The notes below the pieces were generated by a model. The model saw nothing but the letters and a program-made list of their open reading frames with translations, was not told the origin of the DNA and ran no database searches. A program made the position numbers and the translations under genes. A stretch of DNA of 57,994 bases, filler included, from Sphacelaria rigidula (lineage: Eukaryota), in assembly GCA_964200075.2 (NCBI GenBank). It is 6 parts of 6 records of this genome, joined end to end, with 100 filler letters (N's around TTAATTAATTAA, not from the genome) between each part and the next. Parts side by side here need not be neighbours in the genome. Positions count along the whole stretch, not along the records: positions 19,367 to 28,949 come from CAXNAA020008161.1; positions 29,050 to 38,631 come from CAXNAA020008162.1; 4 more parts are not named here. The stretch is one strand, 5' to 3'. Positions 25,236-34,931 of the stretch are shown here, piece after piece (position 1 is the stretch's first letter; every line of letters begins with the position of its first letter).

Positions 25236-25485
25236 CACGGTTAGGACGAATCATCACGATTAAGAATCACCAAATCCACGATTTCTTCGGCCTGATTGCC
25301 CAGAAAGNNNNNNNNNNTGGTCCGAGGGGTATCCACGCAACTTTTGCGCCATTCCACGTGCCTGGGCTGCGTGTACCTGGGTTGCAACGCTGAAAACAAA
25401 GCCCAGGAATTGGTTCGTACGATTCGAATCAATGATACTGAAACCAAGTAATTTCCAAACAAATCATTGATTTGTCTGACCCTTG
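25236..25485. mobile_element. Non-autonomous hAT-type element (family A), contains a 10-N gap
   Basis: TIRs CACGGTTAGGACGAATCA / TGATTTGTCTGACCCTTG; perfect 8-bp TSD CAAGTGTT at 25228-25235 and 25486-25493. Confidence 0.75.
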
Positions 25486-26049
25486 CAAGTGTTCAAGTGT
25501 ATGTGGGTTAAAGGGGCAATGACGATTCCTGAAATATCACCGGGCTCCAAATTAGCGATGTCCCGCTAGAGCCAGGAGTCGTTTCCAGCCGATATGGAAT
25601 ATTGCATGTCGGCTGGCATGCCGACATGTGGTGGAATAAGAGCCAGGTAGTATCCGGTCAGCGCTGACCCACCAATACCCTCCGTCAACTTGGCGCAGTG
25701 CACGCGCGGCCCTACTATCATGAGTTTCGGCCCCAGGAGGGCACGTGTTGTGCTCTCATCTTTTGGGGGTAATCACACAGGGCTTATCCTGTCGCCTGGA
25801 CGGGGGGCGTGGAACTTCTCATGAGTCGCATCCGATTGGTTGGATGTGGGCAGGAGCTCGCGCGAAGCATGTGGGCTATTCCCGAAGGCATGTTTATTTG
25901 ACAGCGAATTTCAACTCTAGGGCAGATGGTTAGGCGAGTATCACTGGACTCAGCCGACGGCAGCTCTGTTCGTGATCAAGATCGTGAAGATGGGTTTTTT
26001 CTCAGGCGGGACCGGGGTAGAATGGTCTGAAGTTACCAAAGTTGAATCA

Positions 26050-26250
26050 GTCGCGCAGGACCCAACAAGAGAGAGGACCTGGAATACTACCGTTGCGGGC
26101 TGTTGCGAGGTTTGAGTCATGCCCACGACATAATCGCTCTCCGCTGTTGAGCATGGTGTGAGAAAAATCCCAGATCGCTCGGAGAATTGAACCCACGACC
26201 CAACCGTCAGAACGCTTCGAGGTTACCAAATGAGCTACCGGGGCGACCGG
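26050..26250 (-). mobile_element. 5' part of tRNA-derived SINE family 1
   Basis: Closely similar to 31240-31379; A box TAGCTCATTTGG and B box GGTTCAATTCT on minus strand. Confidence 0.75.
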
Positions 26251-26554
26251 TTGACTGAGCCCAGCGCAATTTGATGCAGCTGTTGAAGTGATGGCCAAAG
26301 GGGTCTGTAGGTGAGGGTCTTCTGTGGCTTACAAAACGCCCGCGGTGGACCCCGAAAATATATCGTCCCCTAAGCTTCCGCGGAATGGGATCATCCACCA
26401 ACGCTTGCAAAGAAATAATCTCTTTCTTACTCTTGACGGATATGACAGTCACGCCAAACGTGACCGTAGGTATAAGCCCAGACGGTCCGGTTCAGACAGC
26501 TCCCCGTTCCGCGGACACAAGCTGATCTGGACGCGAAGACAGTGAAAGCTTCCA

Positions 26555-26754
26555 AGGGCGGGTCGAGTAGGGCATACTCAATTGCGGGGTATTTTGAAAG
26601 TCGTAGTTAGAGTGCACAAGTTGGGGTAGAGTGTTAGGGGGTCGTACCAAAAAATAACTCGGAAGCGACCCGTAACACCCTACCCAAACTTGTGTACTCC
26701 AAGTACGACTTTCAAAATATCCCGCCGTTGAGTATGCCCTACTCGACCTGCCCT
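26555..26754. mobile_element. 200-bp fold-back MITE (possibly Tourist-like, GGGC termini)
   Basis: About 90-bp arms: AGGGCGGGTCGAGTAGGGCATACTCAA... / ...TTGAGTATGCCCTACTCGACCTGCCCT; no matching TSD. Confidence 0.75.
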
Positions 26755-27122
26755 CGAAAAATCCCACCGCCAACACGAGGGGCGTCTGCGATGACAGGGA
26801 GGATGTCTATCACTAAATTTGAGCTACCTACTGCCACGACTGGCGTGATTTCGTCCTACCGTCGACGCCTAGGGTCAAGATGTGGGAACTCCGCGGTGTC
26901 TGATTGGGGTAGACTCCCACACTTGCAACAGCGAATACCGCAGAATAGGTTGCTTGGGTTTCTCATCGCTCTGACATAATAGACTCAAGTTTCACCTGCA
27001 AGACCATATAATCAATATTAATCATGATCATTAACATTGCTGCTAGTATAGCTTCATAGTATTCTGTCTTATACGGTAACAGCTATAATGGGTACGAGCT
27101 GGAACATGGCTTTCGGAATGGT

Positions 27123-28620
27123 GCAGCTTCAGGGACTACGACAAGAATACCCGCTCGCATGCGTCCTTTACAACATCTTTGGTAACAATATCACAGAAGG
27201 CATCGCGGGGGGCGGGGTGAACATCCCCATCCGCTCCGCGCCGCCGCGAGTGCAGCGCCCGGTGGGAGGGCCGGGCCCGGTTAACGTGGAAGGACTCATG
27301 TTTGCAGACGACCTCTGCATCCCCACAGCGACCAGGTGGGCGCGGGACAATGGTATGGCTGTTGGTATCAACAAGTGTGGGATTATAGTAGTTGGCAAAA
27401 GCATACGGGTACTGCGGAAGGAGCCAGAGCGGTATCAAATCTCGGGGGAGGCCATCCCAATTGTCGACTCCTACAAATATCTCGGGGATCAGATTCCGGG
27501 CCGACATGGAGGTCTCCCGATCAATGGTTGGCCGTCGCGAGCAGACACGGTCACTGGTGAACAGCATGGTGCCGTTCTTGAGGTGCAGGACCATCCCCAT
27601 GCCCATCAAGACGGCGGTGATCAAGGAGGTCACCCCCGCCCCCCCCGGCTGCTGTTTGGTGCCGAGATTTACGGAATGCGTGCAGATATCACCCAGAAGA
27701 TGCAGACCCTCCTCAACCAGGCATTCCGCGTGTCTTTGGGGATGGACCCCAAGATATGCGCGCCCAGCGTCGCGCTGTGGCGGGAGGTGGGGATACCCCC
27801 TGTAGTCACCACGGCGGCGGCGCGCCGGGCGCTGGCGATGAAGAAGTGCGATGACCTTCGCACGTGGATTAAGGTAATCAAGGACGTGCCGTTCCAACAC
27901 AACAGCTAGACATGGCTCCTCACGGGAGCTACTTGAGGGCTAAATCGAAACGTCCCACTTTTGGCTGAAGAAGGATCATGCGGCCGACTACGCGGAGGAA
28001 CTTGCGCAACCCGGCGGCTAGGACACCCTTCCGCCGAAGACCCTCAGCCAAAACATCTCCAAGCTCATATGGCGGAGGGAGGAACGACAGGCCGAAAGCA
28101 AGACCAGCACGCGGTATATAGAAGTAACTACGAAAAGCGGCGCCTCACGACGCTCAGGGCGCCTGCAAGCCCTACGCTCGCCTCAGGGCTGGCCTATATT
28201 GCGCGAAGCCGTGTCGGCGGCTTCTGGTCGGGGAGAAAATTGGCTTAGTATGATCTCCTGCCGGAGCGATACCACGAAGAATGCCCATGCTGCCACCGCA
28301 GAGGGGCGGAAACCCTGGACCACATGCTGCTTAGGTGCAAAACGTGGGCGCCGCACGGCGATCTCTACCTCCGGGAGGTCACTGAAGAGAGCCACAAGAT
28401 CTTAGGGTCCCGCGATTTGCGCGCAAGAAAGGAAGAAAGGGCGATGCTTCTCCTGGGTGGGAAGATTGGCGGGGTGGGCGTGCCGGGATGGGATATTACG
28501 ACTCCTTTGGGAGTCGATCCAGCAACGGCGCCCCCCATGCCACCTTCGGAACAGAGCAGCGGGGGTGTATACAGGTCGCGAAATTCTCTGCAGAAGTGGT
28601 GCGGGCGCGAGCCTGCGTCA
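27123..28620 (+). mobile_element. 5'-truncated, degenerate LINE (RT C-terminal part plus CCHC zinc knuckle)
   Basis: GLRQEYPL..LYNIF, LMFADDL, INKCG, YKYLG, LLFGAEIYG; then CPCC..ETLDHMLLRC at about 28280-28340; frameshifts and stops. Confidence 0.9.
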
Positions 28621-28627
28621 TAAAGAT

Positions 28628-28628
<1 letters not shown>

Positions 28629-28665
<37 letters not shown>

Positions 28666-28949
28666 CTTCACATTAAAAACCGTTCCGATAGATGCGCGGT
28701 ACATTCGTACTGGGCATCTAATGCGGACACCTTTCGTGGTCACAGGCTGGCAAAAAACCAAGAAAACAAAATAGACGCAGATTAAAACTCACAAAACGCG
28801 ATACAGGCAAAACAGGGATAAACAGGGAAACCAATGATGTCCTACTGCCACCAAGGGCCGAAGCTCCTAAGAGTATGGCGGCGCGTGCACTGCGCCAAGT
28901 TCATAGGGGTTTTAGTGGGAGCATCCCCCACACTGCCTTGAGCCACCGC
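28629..28949 (-). mobile_element. 3' end of a retroelement-like repeat with (CAA)n tail, seen as (GTT)n on plus
   Basis: About 12 GTT units at 28629-28665 adjoining TCTTCACATTAAAA; 28850-28900 is reverse-complement homologous to 25688-25741. Confidence 0.55.
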
Positions 28950-29049
28950 NNNNNNNNNNNNNNNNNNNNNNNNNNNNNNNNNNNNNNNNNNNNTTAATTA
29001 ATTAANNNNNNNNNNNNNNNNNNNNNNNNNNNNNNNNNNNNNNNNNNNN
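28950..29049. other. Artificial scaffold linker
   Basis: N44-TTAATTAATTAA-N44. Confidence 0.98.
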
Positions 29050-29928
29050 AGGAATGGGACTTCAACCTCATTTTATGTTTCAACCCCAAAAATTAGGATC
29101 GACTGGTATATGCTCCAACATGATGTCCACGTTTATTAGTAGCATATATTTCAAGTGGGAGATGCGGCGAAATAGCATTGCCACCGATGTTTCAGCCTGA
29201 AGTGGGCGTGACTCCCTTCTGCAATCTTTGACAGACTATACAGCACAGCGGCGTTGTTTCAAGAATTTCTTGTCCGCAAGCGGCACCTCTGGCACCATCT
29301 TCCGTCTTCACTCCTAAGGCAGTATGTTTATTTGGACTTAATCGCAACAAGCAACAGCCTTCGCGGCCACACTGCAAGTGTTCAAAGATATTTCCAGACA
29401 CCCGAAATGTAGCTGCTGCAACGCGGATTCATGAAGTCATCGATACATATACCCTACGGTAGTGTTCTTGTACGATCTACATGTTTGTAGGTGTGTGTGC
29501 TGTGAGACAACTCGCAACCTACCTCGTGAAATTCTTGCGATGAGAGGGCTGTGGCACATCAACATGCGATTACCCAGTCACCTCCGCGTTAAGGTGCCAC
29601 AAATACCACTGAGCTAAACAGCCAGCGCTAACTGTTTAACGCAGTGGTATCAGTGACATCTTAACAAGAGCTGATCCCGGGTGCGAGGCTCGTAACCTGT
29701 TAGAAAAGGTGTCGCTTGGACCCCTTCGACGTGATCGCTAGAGTTGGCGCAATGGCGGTTAAGCAAAGCAAGCAGACAAGCTGCTCGGAGGGTAGACAGA
29801 AGATAGTGTGTTGAGAAATACGTAGTATACCCTGTACTCTACCAATCAGGTAGATTCTCCGGTAGGCACGATTTGTGACGTACGTTCCAGGAATAAGAGT
29901 CATTCGAGAAAGAGAGACTTCAAGAATA

Positions 29929-30024
29929 GCGGGTGATTAGCACGGGTGATTTCCCTAGCGAGCGGGTGATTAGAACGAATGATTTCCCAAGCGAGCGGGT
30001 GATTAGTACGGGTGATTTCCCTAG
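29929..30024. repeat. 33-bp minisatellite x3
   Basis: GCGGGTGATTAGCACGGGTGATTTCCCTAGCGA repeated three times. Confidence 0.9.
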
Positions 30025-31016
30025 TGACTTTCTAGACGTCGAGCGATAGGAAGAGTGAGGCAGGCAAACCATCCCCCCCCTGCTCATTTCATTCCAACTT
30101 CCTCTCACAGCTATTTCACGGCTGTCCACGTCTACTCCTCGGTAGAGCGTAGTACGCCGAGTATACCTCCTTGCGTAGGTTAGGGATTGAGAGTGACTGG
30201 GAACCGTGACGGTTCTTCGATAATAGTAAGACATTTCAATCATCTCCTACATCGAGACACGCTCGACTGGTGTCTGAGCTATAAATTCCTCCAGCGTCTG
30301 AAGCTGGGAGGCCGTGTTCACATCCGTGAATGAACCTCATCATCGAGTTAGATCACTTTAACATAGTGTTCAAGGTGCCGCTTGCGGGCAAGACAGTCCA
30401 AACAACCCACCATGTTGAACGATCAATCGAGAAGAGCGAGAGGTACCTGAATACTGCTACGCTCCATATCAGACCGAAATAACGTAAGCAGTACCGGCGA
30501 TCCACTCAATGTCTTCATCCAAATTTAATACCTCACGAAGTGTTGACGAGAACAGGCTCCACAGCCTATTTTTCTGACACTTCCTCCCACAGAGTCGTCT
30601 TGCGGAGCAGCAGTAATAAAATCGATAGCTTGGAAACATAACCCCAAGCATGGACTGGACCGCTGTCATATATTTACGCACTACAAGTCACTGGACGAGC
30701 TCACAGATGTATGTGATGAAGCTCAGAGGTCTACAAGATATCACGATGTGCGGGTCTTCTCGTAGGCCCTGGGTTCCGTGACGCGTTGTTTCGCGTTTGC
30801 TATTGTCATTATTTTGGGTTGTTGGGGCGTGGCTACAAGCCGCACGCCCCACGTTTGTCACTTGTTGGCGTGCCGCGTTCGCTGGCCTAGTCACTCCTGC
30901 TATCCTGCTACCATCACTACGCTGTGCTCCTATGGCTGCGCCTCGGCTGTGCTGAGTTAGAGAGCTGTTTGGGGGTATAACATGATGCTATCAACATGTC
31001 AGTCTCCAACCAGCAG

Positions 31017-31379
31017 TTTGTATGTTGTGTGTTGTCGTCCCATCTATTCTGGACACCGGTCTACACCTTTCGGTATATGTGGGCGCACCAGCCGGGGTCA
31101 CACAGGAGGAAGGTCAACACGGGAATTTTTTCGTTCTTGTTTGTATTCAGTACTTTACCTTCCTTGTGCGGTGCTTGCCTTCATTTTTCATCGCGAGGAG
31201 TCCAGCAGTACCTTTATTCCCTCGTCGACCGTGAAGTCGAATTTTGTGTACCCACGGCATAGCCGCTCTCCACTGTTGGGCATGATGTGAGAAAAATCCC
31301 AGATCGCTCCGAGATTTGACCCCACGACCCGACCGTCAGAAGGTCTCGAGGCCACCAACTGAGCCACCGGGGCGACCGG
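31017..31379 (-). mobile_element. Full-length tRNA-derived SINE family 1
   Basis: Minus-strand head CCGGTCGCCCCGG-TGGCTCAGTTGG (A box)...GGGTCAAATCT (degenerate B box), CA-rich tail; other copies at 26050-26250 and 10757-10968. Confidence 0.8.
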
Positions 31380-32049
31380 AGGTACACACGTGGACAGATA
31401 GCACCCTGTGGAGCACGTCTACAGGGTTCAGGGAAACTGTGCAGTGTTTCTCGCGGGGGTTTAGCAGTAGGGTGTTTTTTCGCGCCACACAGTACGCTTC
31501 ACAGGGTTTCGTCACCCCGAGTACTCTCCATTGTTGTTAATATGCTGTAGAGCCTTTATAGCGCACACACAATATACTCCATACAGCATGGGCATGGTAC
31601 TGGCAGAAAAAAAACGATCGAAAAATTGCAGTGGGTAGGAATTGGACTCACAATTTCGTGCTTGAGAATGCGATGAGTTGAATATTGAGTTATCCGATTT
31701 GTTGTCGACAAAGTCAATATTTTGTGGTTCTAATAACTATCAAGCAAAAACCTCCATAAACAAGAGCATGATCGATTGAGTAATTTTGGTAGACTGCGGA
31801 CCACGGGATTTTCATAAGCTATGTAGACTGATATGCAAGGTATATCCCGTCATCCCAGCATCCACGCCTTGAGCCAAAGCGTCGTATGTAGGCTCGTAGG
31901 CGTGAGGACATACACTCGTAATCAGTGTGTTGGATCTCTATTCAGCAAAAGCTCTTGAAAAATATTCATCCTTCAGCCCATATATACATGAACTGGGGGG
32001 CAAAAGAATAAAATAATTTCAACAATTTTTTCTGCGTGTCTGATCCCAT

Positions 32050-32237
32050 GGCACTTTCTACGATAGCCCCCCCCACACAAAACCAGCCCACAAGTGTCAC
32101 GAAAAAAATGGCCATACAGCGCCTGATGTTTGGGTTCAGGCTGCATGAAGCGACCCATATTGGCAACATTGGCGAGAACGAACCCANNNNNNNNNNAACC
32201 ATGCACTTTTTTGGGAGGGGCTATCGTAGAAAGTGTC
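32050..32237. mobile_element. MITE family C (TIR GRCACTTTCTACGATA, 4-bp TSD), contains a 10-N gap
   Basis: TIRs GGCACTTTCTACGATAGCCCC / GGGGCTATCGTAGAAAGTGTC; flanks CCAT / CCAT. Confidence 0.75.
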
Positions 32238-32282
32238 CCATACGCTGATAACGGTGCAGTATGCGCAATATGCCCAGCTGAC

Positions 32283-32580
32283 GCTGTTCGCAATAAATCT
32301 CTTTTTGCCTAATTTCCGGATGAATTGGAGGGCAAAGTGAAAAATGATTTCGAGCTTCTTCTGCTGTTCAAATTCCAAACCTGCCTGTGTGCATGGGATT
32401 TGCCCAGCAGAAAAAGCTGTTCGAAAGAGATCATTTTTCGCTCAATTTAAATGGGCGAAAACACGATCTGTTTTGAATAGGTTCTTCAGCTGTTCGAAAT
32501 CAATCCTTGTTTTGCTCAAATAAATTGGGCGAGAAAAGGATCTGTTTTGAATAGCTTGTCCTGCTGTCCGAGATAAATTC
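32283..32580. repeat. Degenerate tandem repeat of about 73 bp
   Basis: Recurring GCTGTTCGAAA...GGGCGA...GATCTGTTTTGAATAG units. Confidence 0.6.
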
Positions 32581-33347
32581 CTTTTTGGAGAGGATCGCCG
32601 GCAAGCGAGCGAAAAAAATCACTCGAAAAGAAAAGGTAAGACAGCTCCCGCGGGTATAACCCAGGAGATAGTAGCGCACTCAGTTTCGTCTAAGCTAAAC
32701 TGGAAGCTCACTCCCTCGATGTCGGTCTCAAGAACCAGGCACAGGATAGAGATGAGCACGAAAAATAACGAAACTGAGTGTACCGCACCTCGCATTCGTT
32801 TCTTCATTCAAACATGACCAAGTAAATCCTCGTGAAAGTCCAGTCATAACTCCCCCTCAATATTGAAGGCGGTCACCATTGTGTGCAGGGCGATTGCTTT
32901 TTCTCGAAATGACCAAACACACACGTGAACCTCGTAAAATGGAATGAGAATGGCGAAAATCTCGTCCACCCCATTCGCTCACACAAAAAAGCATATGGTG
33001 TGCCTTTCAGACTCCCTCTGACGAACGGTGGGAGGCTTGGTGAAACTTCAAAGCCATTCAGTAGAGCTGACACACACGCACTCATTCACACACACACGGG
33101 GGCGTTCTCATGTGTTGCTTGCCTTAGTCGTCTGACCATTGACCACTTGGGGGAAAGTTGAGTGTCCGTACCATTCTATGCACGCGAAGAGCGAAGGAGT
33201 CGAGACTTCGATCGCTCAGCTAAGTAAATGTCTCTACCCGCGCCTCTCCACAACATGTGGTCGCAACGGGGCGAGTCGAGTAATGTTGCTTCAACGATAC
33301 TATTAGGAAGACATCAAAATTTCTATCTGTACGCTGCCTGCCTCAGT

Positions 33348-34931
33348 TCAGGCGGGTGTGCTGTGCACCACCGCCTGGGCTTCCTTGTATTGTCCAGCGT
33401 CTCTGCATGCTTTAGCGGCCGTGCGATAGCTGACCGGATCGGGCGGGATGCCCTTAGTTTGCATCTCGGTCAACAGATCCAAAGCGTTTCGCCACTGCCC
33501 GCTCTTGCCGCATGCGGAAATGGCCGTGTTATAACTTACCACGCTTGGAGCGACGCCTTTTGTTTGCATCTCTGTCAACAGATTTAACGCCCTTTCCCAC
33601 TGCCCACAATCCCCGCAAGCTTTGATCGCTGAATTGTATGTGATTACATCGGGAGAGATACTTCGATCCTGCATCTCCGCCAACAGATCCAACGCCTTCT
33701 CCCACTGCTTGCAATTACCGCACACTTGAATAGCCGAGCTGTAACTGACTACATCGGGAGGCACCCCCCTTGCCTCCATGTCAGCTAACAGATCAACAGC
33801 CTTCGCCCACTGCTTTCCCTTGCCACAAGCTTTGATTGTCGAATTGTACGCAACCACGTCTGGGAGGGTACCATCCGCGTGCATCTCGTCCAGGAGGCCC
33901 AAAGCCTTCTCCCACTGCCCGCTATTTCCGCATACGGTAATTGCCGTCGAGTACATGACAACGTCTGGAGACATATTCTGCGCTCTCATGTCAGTCAGAA
34001 GCTTCAAAGCATGCTCCGACTGCCCACAATTTACGCACGCCGACACGGCCGCGTTGTAGCTTATCAAGTCGGGACGGACACCCTTTGCCGGCATCTCGAA
34101 CAACAGATCCAAAGCCGCCTCCCACTGCTTGCAATCCCCGCATACTTTGATGGCAGAGTTGTAGATTGCCGCGTCCGGAGGGATTCCCCTCGCTTGCATC
34201 TCCGCCAATAGATCCATGGCCCTCGCCCATTGCCGACCCTTGCCGCACGCAGCGATGGCGGAGGTGTAGCTCACGACGTCGTGGGCAATGCCATTTGCGT
34301 CCATCTCAGCCAACAGCTCCAAAGCCTTCGACCACTGCCCGCAGTCCCCGCACGCTTTGATGACCGCGTTATAGCTCACCACGTCCGGGGCGATACTCCG
34401 TGCCTGCATTTCCGCCAGTACAGCCACAGCTTTTTCCCACTTGCCGCACTTACCCAATGCACTTATGGCAGCATTACACGCGCGCAGGGAATTCACTTCG
34501 GGATCCTCAAGGGCACCCAACAGCACACGCTCCACTGTTCCCCAGTCTCTCCGCATCCCGGCGTCTCTCAGCTGCCGTATGACCAGCGGCCCTCGCTTAC
34601 GTTCTTCCATCTGACGCAGCCTTTCATGGCGAGTCGTGGACCATCGGTGAGCACCGGCATCGCTGGCGAGACCCCTCGCTCCCGATTTCGTCTGACCTGA
34701 AAAACGCTGCCCAGCACGTCTCCCAGCGTCGAATGATCGTCGCTCAGTGTTGGCTTCAGTTGCAAGACTGCGTAGTAGCGTGCCGACCGCTCGATGCAGA
34801 GGCTCCGCCTTCGTCCCATGGGAGAAAAGTCGTTCCACCGCCACTGCACTCCCCGCGTGAAGTTGGCACGTGCGTCTCAGGGCAGCACTCGCGGATCGTG
34901 CCGCGGTGCTGGCGGCGTACTGGCAGAGCAT
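33348..34931 (-). CDS. P-class pentatricopeptide repeat protein, 527 aa, intronless, probable mitochondrial presequence
   Basis: Ten complete 35-aa repeats (e.g. VVSYNAVIKACGDCGQWSKALELLAEMDANGIAHD) plus a truncated eleventh; first in-frame ATG 34931 gives the A/S/R-rich MLCQYAASTAARSASAALRR. Confidence 0.95.
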   Translation of the reverse strand: MLCQYAASTAARSASAALRRTCQLHAGSAVAVERLFSHGTKAEPLHRAVGTLLRSLATEANTERRSFDAGRRAGQRFSGQTKSGARGLASDAGAHRWSTTRHERLRQMEERKRGPLVIRQLRDAGMRRDWGTVERVLLGALEDPEVNSLRACNAAISALGKCGKWEKAVAVLAEMQARSIAPDVVSYNAVIKACGDCGQWSKALELLAEMDANGIAHDVVSYTSAIAACGKGRQWARAMDLLAEMQARGIPPDAAIYNSAIKVCGDCKQWEAALDLLFEMPAKGVRPDLISYNAAVSACVNCGQSEHALKLLTDMRAQNMSPDVVMYSTAITVCGNSGQWEKALGLLDEMHADGTLPDVVAYNSTIKACGKGKQWAKAVDLLADMEARGVPPDVVSYSSAIQVCGNCKQWEKALDLLAEMQDRSISPDVITYNSAIKACGDCGQWERALNLLTEMQTKGVAPSVVSYNTAISACGKSGQWRNALDLLTEMQTKGIPPDPVSYRTAAKACRDAGQYKEAQAVVHSTPA

